NCBI GenBank assembly: GCA_964016885.1
Contig: OZ024746.1
Span: 62,124,001-62,188,000 of the forward strand
From: Eledone cirrhosa
Lineage: Eukaryota
DNA length: 64,000 nt
Direction of reading: 5' to 3'
Shown here: piece by piece, positions 27,688-40,826 of the stretch
Position numbering within the stretch: position 1 is the first letter of the stretch
Layout: every line of letters begins with the position of its first letter
Position numbers and translations under genes: made by a program
The notes under the pieces: generated by a model
The model's input: the letters and a program-made list of their open reading frames with translations, nothing else
Database searches by the model: none
What the model was told of the DNA's origin: nothing

Positions 27688-28489
27688 TAGCGAGAATCGT
27701 ATTTCGGCTTAGGAATTAACGAAAAACAACTTCCGAGATGTGTGGCAAGCGCTCAATGATTCAGATGAACCAGAGATACAACATACGTAAAGGCCAAACA
27801 CACTGAGACGATGGTTCAACAATCATCCGCACAGCCAAAGAAACGACCAAGTAATTCGGGTCAAACAAATAAAAATATATGTGATTGAAAATTTACCCGG
27901 ACCCCTGGATGGTTGGTAAAATCCAGCATTTGGGTTTCTGCCACTCCTAAATCAAGTACTGTCCGCTTACATAAATAATGTTAGGCTTCTGGTAAGATCA
28001 TTGAACAAGGAAGCCACTTTTTCAACAGGTTTTAGTTCGAGTGCTAATATAAGGAATGACTGTTACTGACCCCACGTAGAGTTCGGCAAGGGAGGCAACC
28101 CTTATTTTAGGCGAATGAATTCAGTTGTGTATATTATTGCAAGAATGCAAAACATCACAAATCGAATAAAGCTCTCAACAGAATGGTTAAAGTTAACATA
28201 AGCTATTCATCAGTCAATAGAATCAACTAAAAAAATCAAGAAAATTAACTGGTCAATAGCTAGACTCTGGAGATTAATACAAATATAAATTAGCGAGAAT
28301 CGTATTTCGGGTTAGGAATTAACGAAAAACAACTTCCGAGATGTGTGGCAAGCGCTCAATGATTCAGATGAACCAGAGCTACAACATACGTTAAAGACCA
28401 AACACACTGAGACGATGGTTAAACAATCATCCGCACAGCCAAAGAAACGACCAAGTAATTCGGGTCAAACAAGTAAAAATATAATATGA

Positions 28490-28497
<8 letters not shown>
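27684..28497. mobile_element. Family S copy B with partial tandem duplication
   Basis: 28288-28497 repeats 27684-27893; (TA)n on both sides. Confidence 0.75.
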
Positions 28498-28559
<62 letters not shown>

Positions 28560-28563
28560 TATA

Positions 28564-28989
28564 TGGGGCAGGGGAGACACAAAGCAGGCTTTGTTTATAA
28601 ACGGCTAGCGAATTTGAAAATTAGGTAGTAACATGTGCTTACGCCGTATTTGACTACATAGAATTAGTCTGTTAGTTGGGATTTAAAAAATCCTCTGAAT
28701 GGAAAAAAGGATAAGTATTGACGTGCATGGGACACGAACCCATATCTTCGGCTTCTAATTGAATGGAAGGAAGCATGGGTGGCTCGTTGGTGTAATGGTA
28801 ACACATTGGTCCGGCAAACCAAAGATGTAGGTTCGTGTCCCATGCACGTCAATACCCATCCTTTCTTCCATTCAGAGGATTTTTAAAAAATACCAACTAA
28901 CAGACTAATTCTATTTTGTCAAATACGGCGTAAGCACATGTTACTACCTAATTTTCAAATTCGCTAGCTGTTTGTAAATAAAGCCTGCT
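28564..28989 (+). mobile_element. tRNA-headed element with inverted duplication
   Basis: Inverted arms 28583-28751 and ~28819-28989 with scattered mismatches, tRNA-like head between them. Confidence 0.75.
28781..28851 (+). pseudogene. tRNA-like sequence (SINE head or tRNA pseudogene)
   Basis: A box tggtgtaatgg, anticodon arm ttggt-ccggcaa-accaa, B box ggttcgtgtcc; acceptor stem mismatched. Confidence 0.65.
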
Positions 28990-29057
28990 GTTCACCGGAG
29001 AAACAATTGTAACACACAATAAATTGAGTTCCGATACATCACTGATTTTTCGTTTTC

Positions 29058-29062
<5 letters not shown>
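28987..29062 (+). mobile_element. Family H6 3' fragment (hammerhead 3' half plus tail)
   Basis: gaaa-caattg-ta-acacac-aataaattgagttccgat matches 57499-57560. Confidence 0.75.
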
Positions 29063-29090
<28 letters not shown>

Positions 29091-29095
<5 letters not shown>

Positions 29096-29480
29096 ATACT
29101 TTGGGAGGGTCATGTTGCCAATAAGAAACGCACGCACCAGTAGCTTTCACTTCAATTTATTATAATAAATTTATAAATTTAGGAATTTATAAATTTCCGG
29201 TTGGTTGGTTGGTTCCACAACCAGATGGTTGTTTATATATTGTCAAAGTTCTTTCGTCACACATTCAGTGACTGGGGTTCTTTTCTTTGTTTTTTTGCCT
29301 CTCCTTTGTTCTGTCCTACGCCATCTTGTTTTTGTATAAATTTATTATAATACATTGAAGTGAAAGCAACTGGTGCGTGTGTTTCTTATTGGCAACATGA
29401 CCCTCCCAAAGTATAACAATATCGGTTTCAACACACGTTTTCAGATAAAGAATCTTGCTAAACAAATTCAGAAACGAAAT
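29091..29480 (-). mobile_element. Fold-back family H4
   Basis: Arms 29091-29178 and ~29335-29420; homologous to 58143-58520. Confidence 0.8.
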
Positions 29481-29501
29481 ATATATATATATATGTATAT
29501 A

Positions 29502-29596
<95 letters not shown>

Positions 29597-29678
29597 CATA
29601 TTTCGCAGGATTGAAAAGTACTTTTTTTTCTTTCACAATTTATTGTCATTAACTTTACATTATTTAAATTCATTATTA

Positions 29679-29780
29679 TCGAGGTTAACTTTGCCTTTCA
29701 TCCCTACGGGGTCGATAAAATAAAGTACCAGTAATACACTGCGTAATTGCTGGCCTTGTGCCAAAAGTAGAAACAATTAT
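29679..29780 (+). mobile_element. SINE family A, 3' half
   Basis: Body and tail match. Confidence 0.85.
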
Positions 29781-29826
29781 TACATATACTGTATATATAC
29801 CTCTGTGTATATATATATGTATATAT

Positions 29827-29904
<78 letters not shown>

Positions 29905-29906
<2 letters not shown>

Positions 29907-30297
29907 AAAGTTCTATTTAAAATTGTTGGGATACAACAAGTAAATATTTTTATAACTGATATAAAGCACTCGACAAGTATTTGGAGTAGATATACGATAT
30001 TAATAAATGGAAACTATATTTATAAAACCATATTTATTTCATTATACATATTTCAGGGATACCACATTAAATTATGGTATGCCTTCAACAGACAAAATAC
30101 AATATATAACAGTTTTACAAATAAGCTTTGACGTACCCTTTTAAAATGCAACCATTATTTTTGGAAGCCATCCGGATAGCTATATATATATTGTATTTTG
30201 TCTGATGAAGGCATACCATAATTTAATTTGGTATCCCTGAAATATGTATAATGAAATAAATATGGTTTTATAAATATAGTTTCCATTTATTAATATC

Positions 30298-30298
<1 letters not shown>
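29905..30298. mobile_element. Family H1 inverted pair with two hammerheads
   Basis: Minus copy (core CTGTTGA, ~30035-30099, with tail) and plus copy (CTGATGA 30202, GAAA 30239). Confidence 0.82.
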
Positions 30299-30381
<83 letters not shown>

Positions 30382-30440
30382 TTATTACATATTATATATA
30401 CCTCTCTATGCTGTTTATATATCATTCATATGGAAACCTA

Positions 30441-30563
30441 CAGTATGAATGTAACAGATATGGGCTTACTAGTACGTACTATGTTAGACGATCAACTTAC
30501 GAACAAATCAACTAACGAACGGCCTCTTAGAACGTAACTCGTTCGTAAGTAAGGGACTTACTG
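30441..30563. mobile_element. Tc1/Tigger-like MITE remnant
   Basis: TA|cagta...tactg|TA ends; internal acttacgaac / gttcgtaagt inverted motif. Confidence 0.55.
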
Positions 30564-30755
30564 TAGAGCATTGACGAGGTCTTCATGTCATTGAGGCTAT
30601 TTAATTGTCATGTTTATTTGTCAAAGCTCTTTCGTCACACACTGTAACCTTCTCAACGAGTATTCCTGATCCGCTGACTCCTCTTGGTTTCGATCTTGTG
30701 CTATTTACTTGATCTCGTATATGGGTACATATATAAATACATACATACATACATG

Positions 30756-31037
30756 ATGATGGCTGCCCCCTCGTTATCGAGTATGGCCATTGCTCGATAT
30801 AACATTATTAATAATTATTAATTAATGCTATAGTGTAATGCCTGTGCCTAAAGATTTTTTTTAAAGTGAGGAAAGACTGTCCACTGAGCCAATCCCACTC
30901 TCTGAGCCACAGTAGCTATAACCCCAAAAAGAAGAAAAGATCAACATCATCGGTAACTACTGAGCGGCAGGTTTTATGTCGGAGTTATTCCAGTTTCCTG
31001 AGTTGTCTTCTCCTAGAAGAATGCCCTAACAAAGGCT
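30756..31037 (-). mobile_element. Non-autonomous RTE-like element
   Basis: Reverse complement of ~2913-3180. Confidence 0.75.
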
Positions 31038-31163
31038 CCTTCACTCTCCTTTACTCTCCTTCACATACATACATAGATACATAGATACATACATGTATAT
31101 ATATATACATACATATATACATACATATGCGCACTCAAACACATTTATATATGTATATACTTA

Positions 31164-31215
<52 letters not shown>

Positions 31216-31392
31216 TATGGAATACTGTTAGCTTCTCGCTACAACAATTTCTATACTTTTCATTTATATATATATATTATATATATATATATATGTACAA
31301 ACACACACACCTACATATCTAAAAGTATGGATATATGTATATGTGTATGTATGAGTGCGTATGTTTGTGAGTGTATGTGTATACACATGTAT

Positions 31393-31468
<76 letters not shown>

Positions 31469-31737
31469 CATCGATCATTGGAACAAACAATATTTGCTAT
31501 GATATAAAACCATCGTCAGATGTTTTCGGAGCTCCTGGTAACTATTGCCTCATTTTTATAGCTTTTTCCTAACCCCCCCCCCTCTCTTCCTCTCTCTCAC
31601 CCTTCCTCTCTCTCTCACTTCTTTTCTCCCTCCTTCTCTCTTCTCTCCATCTCTTCTCTTCCCATCTTCTACACTCTCCCTTTCTCCTTCTGTCTCAAAT
31701 TCCTTCTTCCTCTCTCTCTCTCTCCTCCTTATCTCTC

Positions 31738-31784
<47 letters not shown>

Positions 31785-31785
<1 letters not shown>

Positions 31786-32447
31786 ACTCCCCAGCAAGTT
31801 TTATGAAAGGTGGGTGAAAGTGGCGAGAATGGCCCGAGTGAATGGGCCTTCTCTGTTTATAAGCCTGTAGGTTGAGGAAGAGAGCAAAAGGAAGAAAGGA
31901 GCACTTGCACAACACGCTCCTGGAGTTGAGGGTTGTTCTATCGACGGGGTATTAAACAACCCATTTGTGGCGCCTCCCCCCTATTGGGGATTTCGATTGT
32001 TGAAATTGTTTGTTTTTATATTTTTTACACGACTGTATGTAAAATCCCCGGCATGTCTTTGTATTGTCCCCTTTTCTTGTTGCGCCCTTGTGGCTAATAA
32101 AGAAATCTATCTATCTATCTATCTAACTCCCCAGCAAGTTTTATGAAAGGTGGGTGAAAGTGGCGAGAATGGCCCGAGTGAATGGGCCTTCTCTCTATAT
32201 CAGCCTGTAGGTTGAGGAAAAGGAGGAGGAGAGGAAAGGAGTACAAACTCTTCGTACTCCTGGAGATGAGGGTTGCACATTATTTCGGGGGTGTGTGTTA
32301 CCCATATAAACTGTCTCCCCCTATTGGGGAAAATCGACTAATTTTTTAAATTGCATTTGTGATAACATTTTACACGTTTTTATTGTATGTAAACTTCCCC
32401 CTTTGTATTTGTCCCCTTCTTTTGTGCCCCTGTGACTAATAAAGAAA
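31785..32447 (+). mobile_element. Two tandem 3' ends of an L1/Tx1-like LINE in (ATCT)n
   Basis: Units 31785-32104 and 32125-32447; each encodes LPSKFYERWVKVARMARVNGPSL(F/Y)ISL*, then a 3' UTR, AATAAA-gaaa and (TCTA)n. Confidence 0.65.
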
Positions 32448-32459
32448 TCTATCTATCTA

Positions 32460-32515
32460 ACTCCCCCTCTCTCTCTCTCTCTCTCTCTCTATTTATCTAA
32501 CTCTCCTTCTCTCTC

Positions 32516-32563
<48 letters not shown>

Positions 32564-32955
32564 TCTATTCATCTATCCCGCCTTCTCCCCCCTCTCTCAC
32601 TCTCTCTCTCTCTATTCATCTATCTCTTCTTCTCTCTATCTCCTTCTCTCACTCTCTCCATTCATCTATCTCGCCTTCTCCCCCTATCTCTCTCTCTCAC
32701 TCTCTCTCTATTCATCTACCTCTCCTTCTCTCTATCTCCTTCTCTCTATCTCCTTCTCTCACTCTCTCTATTCATCTATCTCTCCTTCTCACCCCCCCCC
32801 CCTCCCCCTCTCTCTCTCTCTCTCTATTCATCGACCTCTCCTTCTCTCTATCTCCTTCTCCCCCTCTCTCTATTCATCTATCTCTCCTTCTCACCCCCTC
32901 CACCTCTCTCTATTCATCTATCTCTCCTTCTCACCCCCTCCCCTCTCTCTCTCTG
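32460..32955. repeat. CT-rich minisatellite
   Basis: ctctctctattcatctatctctccttct variants. Confidence 0.9.
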
Positions 32956-33291
32956 CCTCAATTACACTTCGTATCTAGTTATTTTGTCATAAACACTTTT
33001 ACATCAGAGACGCCAATAACTCTACAACGCCCCCCACCCCCCGCCCCCCACCAGCACGATCACGCCACCACCACCACCACCACCACCACCAGCCCCACCA
33101 CCACCACCACCACCACAATCACCACCAGCGTCGTCGTCGTCGTTCTCGTCAATACCATCATACTTCTCATCATCATCACCACTATCATCATCATCATCAT
33201 CATCATCATCGTCACCAGCACACACCACCACCAACACCACAACCACGCCATCACCACTAGTACCACCACCACCACCACCACCACCACCAAT

Positions 33292-36200
33292 GCTGTTGTA
33301 GTACTGGTTGTTATTGCTGTTGTTGTAGTGGTTGTTATTGCTGTTGTTGTAGTTGCTGTTGTTGTAGTGGTTGTTATTGCTGTTGTTGTTATTGCTGTTG
33401 TTGTAGTGGTTGTTATTGCTGTTGTTGTAGTTGCTGTTGTTGTAGTGGTTGTTATTGCTGTTGTTGTTATTGCTGTTGTTGTAGTGGTTGTTATTGCTGT
33501 TGTTGTAGTTGCTGTTGTTGTAGTGGTTGTTATTGCTGTTGTTGTTATTGCTGTTGTTGTAGTGGTTGTTATTGCTATTGTTGTAGTTGCTGTTGTAGTA
33601 GTGGTTGTTATTGCTGTTGTTGTAGTTGCTGTTGTTGTAGTGGTTGTTATTGCTGTTGTTGTTATTGCTGTTGTTGTAGTGGTTGTTATTGCTGTTGTTG
33701 TAGTTGCTGTTGTAGTACTGGTTTTTATTGCTGTTGTTGTAGTTGCTGTTGTAGTAGTGGTTGTTATTGCTGTTGTTGTAGTTGCTGTTGTAGTAGTGGT
33801 TGTTATTGCTGTTGTTGTAGTTGCTGTTGTAGTAGTGGTTGTTATTGCTGTTGTTGTAGTTGCTGTTGTTGTAGTGGTTGTTATTGCTGTTGTTGTAGTT
33901 GCTGTTGTAGTACTGGTTGTTATTGCTGTTGTTGTAGTTGCTGTTGTTGTAGTGGTTGTTATTGCTGTTGTTGCTATTGCTGTTGTTGTATGGTTGTTAT
34001 TGCTGTTGTTGTAGTTGCTGTTGTAGTACTGGTTGTTATTGCTGTTGTTGTAGTTGCTGTTGTAGTACTGGTTGTTATTGCTGTTGTTGTAGTTGCTGTT
34101 GTTGTACTGGTTGTTATTGCTGTTGTTGTAGTGGTTGTTGTAGTACTGGTTGTTATTGCTATTGTTGTAGTTGCTGTTGTAGTACTGGTTGTTATTGCTG
34201 TTGTTGTAGTTGCTGTTGTAGTACTGGTTGTTATTGCTGTTGTTGTAGTTGCTGTTGTTGTAGTGGTTGTTATTGCTGTTGTTGTAGTTGCTGTTGTTGT
34301 AGTTGCTGTTGTAGTACTGGTTGTTATTGCTGTTGTTGTAGTTGCTGTTGTAGTAGTGGTTGTTATTGCTGTTGTTGTAGTTGCTGTTGTTGTAGTGGTT
34401 GTTATTGCTGTTGTTGTAGTTGCTGTTGTAGTAGTGGTTGTTATTGCTGTTGTTGTAGTTGCTGTTGCTGTAGGTGGTTGTTATTGCTGTTGTTGTAGTT
34501 GCTGATGTTGTAGTGGTTGTTATTGCTGTTGTTGTTGTTGCTGTTTTTGTAGTGGTTGTTATTGCTGTTGTTGTAGTTGCTGTTGTAGTAGTGGTTGTTA
34601 TTGCTGTTGTTGTAGTTGCTGTTGCTGTAGGTGGTTGTTATTGCTGTTGTTGTAGTTGCTGTTGTGTGTAGTGGTTGTTATTGCTGTTGTTGTTGTTGCT
34701 GTTGTTGTAGTGGTTGTTATTGCTGTTGTTGTAGTTGCTGTTGTTGTAGTTGCTGTTGTAGTACTGGTTGTTATTGCTGTTGTTGTAGTTGCTGTTGTAG
34801 TAGTGGTTGTTATTGCTGTTGTTGTTGTTGCCGTTGTTGTAGTTGCTGTTGTAGTACTGGTTGTTATTGCTGTTGTTGTAGTTGCTGTTGTAGTAGTGGT
34901 TGTTATTGCTGTTGTTGTAGTTGCTGTTGTAGTACTGGTTGTTATTGCTGTTGTTGTAGTTGCTGTTGTAGTAGTGGTTGTTATTGCTGTTGTTGTAGTA
35001 GTTATTGTTATTGGTGTTGTTGTAGTTGCTGTTGTTGTAGTGGTTGTTATTGCTGTTGTTGTAGTGGTTGTTATTGCTGTTGTTGTAGTTGCTGTTGCTG
35101 TAGGTGGTTGTTATTGCTGTTGTTGTAGTTGCTGTTGTTGTAGTGGTTGTTATTGCTGTTGTTGTAGTTGCTGTTGCTGTAGGTGGTTGTTATTGCTGTT
35201 GTTGTAGTTGCTGTTGTTGTAGTGGTTGTTATTGCTGTTGTTGTTGTTGCTGTTGTTGTAGTGGTTGTTATTGCTGTTGTTGTAGTTGCTGTTGTTGTAG
35301 TGGTTGTTATTGCTGTTGTTGTAGTTGCTGTTGATGTAGTGGTTGTTATTGCTGTTGTTGTAATGGTTGTTATTGCTGTTGTTGTAGTTGCTGTTGTAGT
35401 ACTGGTTGTTATTGCTGTTGTTGTAATTGCTGTTGTTGTAGTGGTAGTTATTGCTGTTGTTGTAGTTGCTGTTGTTGTAGTTGCTGTTGTTGTAGTGGTT
35501 GTTATTGCTGTTGTTGTAGTTGCTGTTGTAGTACTGGTTGTTATTGCTGTTGTTGTAGTTGCTGTTGTTGTAGTGGTTGTTATTGCTGTTGTTGTAGTTG
35601 CTGTTGTTGTAGTGGTTGTTATTGCTGTTGTTGTTGTTGCTGTTGTTGTAGTGGTTGTTATTGCTGTTGTTGTAGTTGCTGTTGCTGTAGTGGTTGTAAT
35701 TGCTGTTGTTGTTGTTGTTGCTGTTGTTGTAGTGGTTGTTATTGCTGTTGTTGTAGTTGCTGTTGTAGTACTGGTTGTTATTGCTGTTGTTGTAGTGGTT
35801 GTTATTGCTGTTGTTGTTGTTGCTGTTGTTGTAGTGGTTGTTATTGCTGTTGTTGTAGTTGCTGTTGTTGTAGTGGTTGTTATTGCTGTTGTTGTAGTTG
35901 CTGTTGTTGTAGTGGTTGTTATTGCTGTTGTTGTAGTTGCTGTTGTTGTAGTGGTTGTTATTGCTGTTGTTGTAGTTGCTGTTGTAGTAGAGATTGTTAT
36001 TGCTGTTGTTGTAGTTGCTGTTGTTGTAGTGGTTGTTATTGCTGTTGTTGTTGTTGCTGTTGTTGTAGTTGCTGTTGCTGTAGTGGTTGTTATTGCTGTT
36101 GTTGTAGTTGCTGTTGTAGTAGTGGTTGTTATTGCTGTTGTTGTAGTTGCTGTTGTTGTAGTGGTTGTTATTGCTGTTGTTGTAGTTGCTGTTGTAGTAG

Positions 36201-38325
36201 TGGTTGTTATTGCTGTTGTTGTAGTTGCTGTTGTAGTAGTGGTTGTTATTGCTGTTGTTGTAGTTGCTGTTGTTGTAGTGGTTGTTATTGCTGTTGTTGT
36301 AGTTGCTGTTGTAGTAGTGGTTGTTATTGCTGTTGTTGTAGTTGCTGTTGTAGTAGTGGTTGTTATTGCTGTTGTTGTAGTTGCTGTTGTTGTAGTGGTT
36401 GTTATTGCTGTTGTTGTAGTTGCTGTTGTAGTAGTGGTTGTTATTGCTGTTGTTGTAGTTGCTGTTGTAGTAGTGGTTGTTATTGCTGTTGTTGTAGTTG
36501 CTGTTGTTGTAGTGGTTGTTATTGCTGTTGTTGTAGTTGTTGTTGTTGTAGTGGTTGTTATTGCTGTTGTTGTAGTTGCTGTTGTAGTAGTGGTTGTTAT
36601 TGCTGTTGTTGTAGTTGCTGTTGTTGTAGTGGTTGTTATTGCTGTTGTTGTAGTTGCTGTTGTAGTAGTGGTTGTTATTGCTGTTGTTGTAGTTGCTGTT
36701 GTAGTAGTGGTTGTTATTGCTGTTGTTGTAGTTGCTGATGTTGTAGTGGTTGTTATTGCTGTTGTTGTAGTTGCTGTTGTTGTAGTGGTTGTTATTGCTG
36801 TTGTTGTAGTTGCTGTTGTTGTAGTGGTTGTTATTGCTGTTGTTGTAGTTGCTGTTGTTGTAGTGGTTGTTATTGCTGTTGGTGTAGTTGCTGTTGTTGT
36901 AGTGGTTGTTATTGCTGTTGTTGTAGTGGTTGTTATTGCTGTTGTTGTAGTTGCTGTTGTTGTAGTGGTTGTTATTGCTGTTGTTGTAGTGGTTGTTATT
37001 GCTGTTGTTGTAGTTGCTGTTGTTGTAGTGGTTGTTATTGCTGTTGTTGTAGTTGTTGTTGTAGTAGTGGTTGTTATTGCTGTTGTTGTAGTTGTTGTTG
37101 TAGTAGTGGTTGTTATTGCTGTTGTTGTAGTTGTTGTTGTAGTAGTGGTTGTTATTGCTGTTGTTGTAGTTGCTGTTGTAGTAGTGGTTGTTATTGCTGT
37201 TGTTGTAGTTGCTGTTGTTGTAGTGGTTGTTATTGCTGTTGTTGTAGTAGTGGTTGTTATTGCTGTTGTTGTAGTTGCTGTTGTAGTAGTGGTTCTTATT
37301 GCTGTTGTTGTAGTTGCTGTTGTTGTAGTGGTTGTTATTGCTGTTGTTGTAGTTGCTGTAGTAGTAGTGGTTGTTATTGCTGTTGTTGTAGTTGCTGTTG
37401 TATTAGTGGTTGTTATTGCTGTTGTTGTAGTTGTTGTTGTAGTAGTGGTTGTTATTGCTGTTGTTGTAGTTGCTGTTGTAGTAGTGGTTGTTATTGCTGT
37501 TGTTGTAGTTGCTGTTGTTGTAGTGGTTGTTATTGCTGTTGTTGTAGTTGCTGTTGTTGTAGTGGTTGTTATTGCTGTTGTTGTAGTTGCTGTTGTAGTA
37601 GTGGTTGTTATTGCTGTTGTTGTAGTTGTTGTTGTAGTAGTGGTTGTTATTGCTGTTGTTGTAGTTGCTGTTGTAGTAGTGGTTGTTATTGCTGTTGTTG
37701 TAGTTGCTGTTGTAGTAGTGGTTGTTATTGCTGTTGGTGTAGTTGCTGTTGTAGTAGTGGTTGTTATTGCTGTTGTTGTAGTTGCTGTTGTAGTAGTGGT
37801 TGTTATTGCTATTGTTGTAGTTGCTGTTGTAGTAGTGGTTGTTATTGCTGTTGGTGTAGTTGCTGTTGTAGTAGTGGTTGTTATTGCTATTGTTGTAGTT
37901 GCTGTTGTAGTAGTGGTTGTTATTGCTGTTGTTGTAGTTGCTGTTGTAGTAGTGGTTGTTATTGCTGTTGGTGTAGTTGCTGTTGTAGTAGTGGTTGTTA
38001 TTGCTGTTGTTGTAGTTGCTGTTGTAGTAGTGGTTGTTATTGCTGTTGTTGTAGTTGCTGTTGTTGTAGTGGTTGTTATTGCTATTGTTGTAGTTGCTGT
38101 TGTAGTAGTGGTTGTTATTGCTGTTGGTGTAGTTGCTGTTGTAGTAGTGGTTGTTATTGCTGTTGTTGTAGTTGCTGTTGTTGTAGTGGTTGTTATTGCT
38201 ATTGTTGTAGTTGCTGTTGTAGTAGCACTTGTTATTGCTGTTGTTGTAATTGCTGTTGTAGTAGTAGTTATTGTTATTGGTGTTGTTGTTGCTGTTGTAG
38301 TAGTGGTTGTTATTGCTGATGTTGG
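33292..38325. repeat. ~5-kb minisatellite, 39-bp unit gttgttattgctgttgttgtagttgctgttgttgtagtg
   Basis: 13-codon periodicity in the ORF track (VVIAVVVVAVVVV / AITTTTTTATTTT). Confidence 0.95.
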
Positions 38326-40303
38326 TGGTAGTGGTTGGTAGTGGTAGTGGTGGTGGTGGTGGTGGTGGTGGTGATGATGGTGGTGATGGTGATGGTGGTG
38401 ATGATGGTGGTGATAGTGGTGGTGAAGATGGTAGTGGAGGTGGTGGTGGTGATGGTGGTGGTTAGGGTGGTGGTGGTGATGATGGTGGTGATGGTGATGG
38501 TGGTGGTTATGGTGGTGGTGGTGGCTATGGTGGTGGTTGTGATGATGGTAGTGGTAGTGGTGGCGGTGGTGGTGGTGATGGTGATGGTGGTGATGATGGT
38601 AGTGATGATGGTGGTGGTGATGAAGGTGCTGATGGTGGTGGTGGTCGTGATGACGGTGGTGATGATGGTGGTAGTAGTAACAATAATAAAGAAGAAAAAG
38701 AAGAAGAAGAAGAAGAAGAAGAAGAAGAAGAAGAAGAAGAAGAAGAAGAAGAAGAAGAAGAAGAAGAAGAAGAAGAAGAAGAAGAAGAAGAAACAACAAT
38801 AACAACAACAACAACGGTAATGAAAATAATTGGTGGTGGTGGTGGTGGTGATGGTGGTGGTGGTGGTGGTGCTGGTGGTGGTGGTGCTGGTGCTGGTGGG
38901 GATGGTGATGGTGGTAGTTGTGGTGGTGGATGGTGGTGGTGGTGATGGTGGTGATGGTGATGGTGGTAGTTGTGGTGGTGGTGGTGATGGTGGTGGTGGT
39001 GGGGGGGGGTTAGTTGTGGGGGGGGTGATGATGGTGGTGGTAGTAAATTAATGATGAGGATGAGGATGGTGATGATGATGACGACGACGACGACAATGAT
39101 GATGATGATGATTACGATGATGATGGTGATAAATGGCGATTATGCTGACGATAGTAACAGTAAATAATTGTTTCTACTTTAAGCACAAGGCCAGCAAATA
39201 CCCAGTGCATTACTGGTACTTTATTTTATCGACCCCGTAAGGATGAAAGGCAAAGTTGACCTCGGCGGGATTTGAACTCAGATCGTAAAGGGACGTAACT
39301 ATGCTGGAAAGCATGGCGTCCGACCCTCTACCGATACTGCCAATCCAGTAAATAATGGCGACTATAACTTTTGCTACAGAGCAGGAAAAGTTTATTTAAA
39401 AACAACAAAAAAGGCCATAAATGAAAATAAAAAAACCTACAAAGAACACCACCATCACTCCCACCACCATCACTTCCATCACCACCATCACCACCACCAT
39501 CCCCACCACCATCACCACCACCATCACCCCCACCACCATCACCACCCCCACCATCACTTCCATCACCACCACCACCATCAATTCCACCACCACCACCACC
39601 ACCACCACCACCACCACTACTACCACCACCATCACCACCACCATATCACCACCACCATCACCACCACCACAACTACCACCATCACCATCACCACCATCAC
39701 CACCACCACCACCACCATCACCTCCATCACCATCACCACCACCACCATCACCACCACCACAACTACCACCATCACCATCACCACCATCACCACCACCACC
39801 ACCACCACCACCATCACCTCCATCACCATCACCTCCATCACCACCACCATCACCTCCATCACCACCCCACCATCACTTCCATCACCACCACCACCATCAA
39901 TTCCACCACCACCATCACCACCACCACCACCACCACCACCACAGCTACCACCATCACCATCACCACCATCACCACCACCACCATCACCACCACCACCACC
40001 ACCACCATCACCTCCATCACCATCACCATCACCACCACCACCATCACCTCCATCACCACCACCACCACCAATTCCAGCACCACCATCAATTCCATCATCA
40101 CGACCACCACCACCACCACCACCACCACCACCAAGGTGAGATGAAATCAATTAGCACAAGTGCTATAAAATATTTTATTGTCATATACAATAATCGACAC
40201 AACTAACTATAGTTGGAACATCATCATCATCGCTATACTCACCACCACCACCACCACCACCACTGTCACCACCACTGCCACCACCACCATCACTGCCACC
40301 ACC

Positions 40304-40337
<34 letters not shown>

Positions 40338-40340
40338 TTA
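38326..40340. repeat. (GGT/GAT)n, (GAA)n and (CAC/CAT)n trinucleotide fields
   Basis: Direct inspection. Confidence 0.95.
39169..39345 (-). mobile_element. SINE family A with target-site duplication
   Basis: TSD cagtaaataat at 39158-39168 and 39346-39356. Confidence 0.92.
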
Positions 40341-40826
40341 TTCAGTGTGAAAACCGTCACTATTAAACATCAATATTGTCGACATCATTGCCAACATTTG
40401 AAGTAACAATAAAAGCCACAACCATATTCTATCTACAACAACAGCAGCAGCAGCTGCTGCTATAAAATAGCAAAAGCAATAAAATATATATTTATAATTA
40501 AAAAAAAAAAAAAAAAATTTGAAATAAAAATCAAAGCCAACTGGCTGATAATATGTGATAAATTTCATGTTGAATATGTGTGTTGTCTGTTCACATGGAC
40601 TAATTCACCATAGTCAATAAGACAGCCAACTTCAAAGACAGACTGTTTAATTCTAAATAAAGTGCTGAGCAGAATTCGTCATTTAAAGATGATGAAGACA
40701 AATATTACTGTTATTTGAATTTGGTTGTGTAGATGGTGTAGGTGTTTAGGTAGGAATTAATTAATCTCCTGCCACAGAGAGAGACGACGAGTTCAAATAT
40801 CACAATGTCCACGGCTACTCTTTTAA

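Noticed and set aside
27750-27830. SECIS-like AUGA motif in family S
   Set aside because: Spacing and GA quartet do not fit, and no UGA-containing ORF is visible.
28781-28851. Functional tRNA (GGC anticodon)
   Set aside because: Mismatched acceptor and T stems, atypical anticodon loop, embedded in a repeat.
33956-35334. Cys-rich metallothionein or keratin-associated-like ORFs
   Set aside because: Alternative frame of the GTT-based minisatellite.
39421-40206. Extensin-like or His-rich ORF
   Set aside because: (CAC/CAT)n repeat with frame drift.
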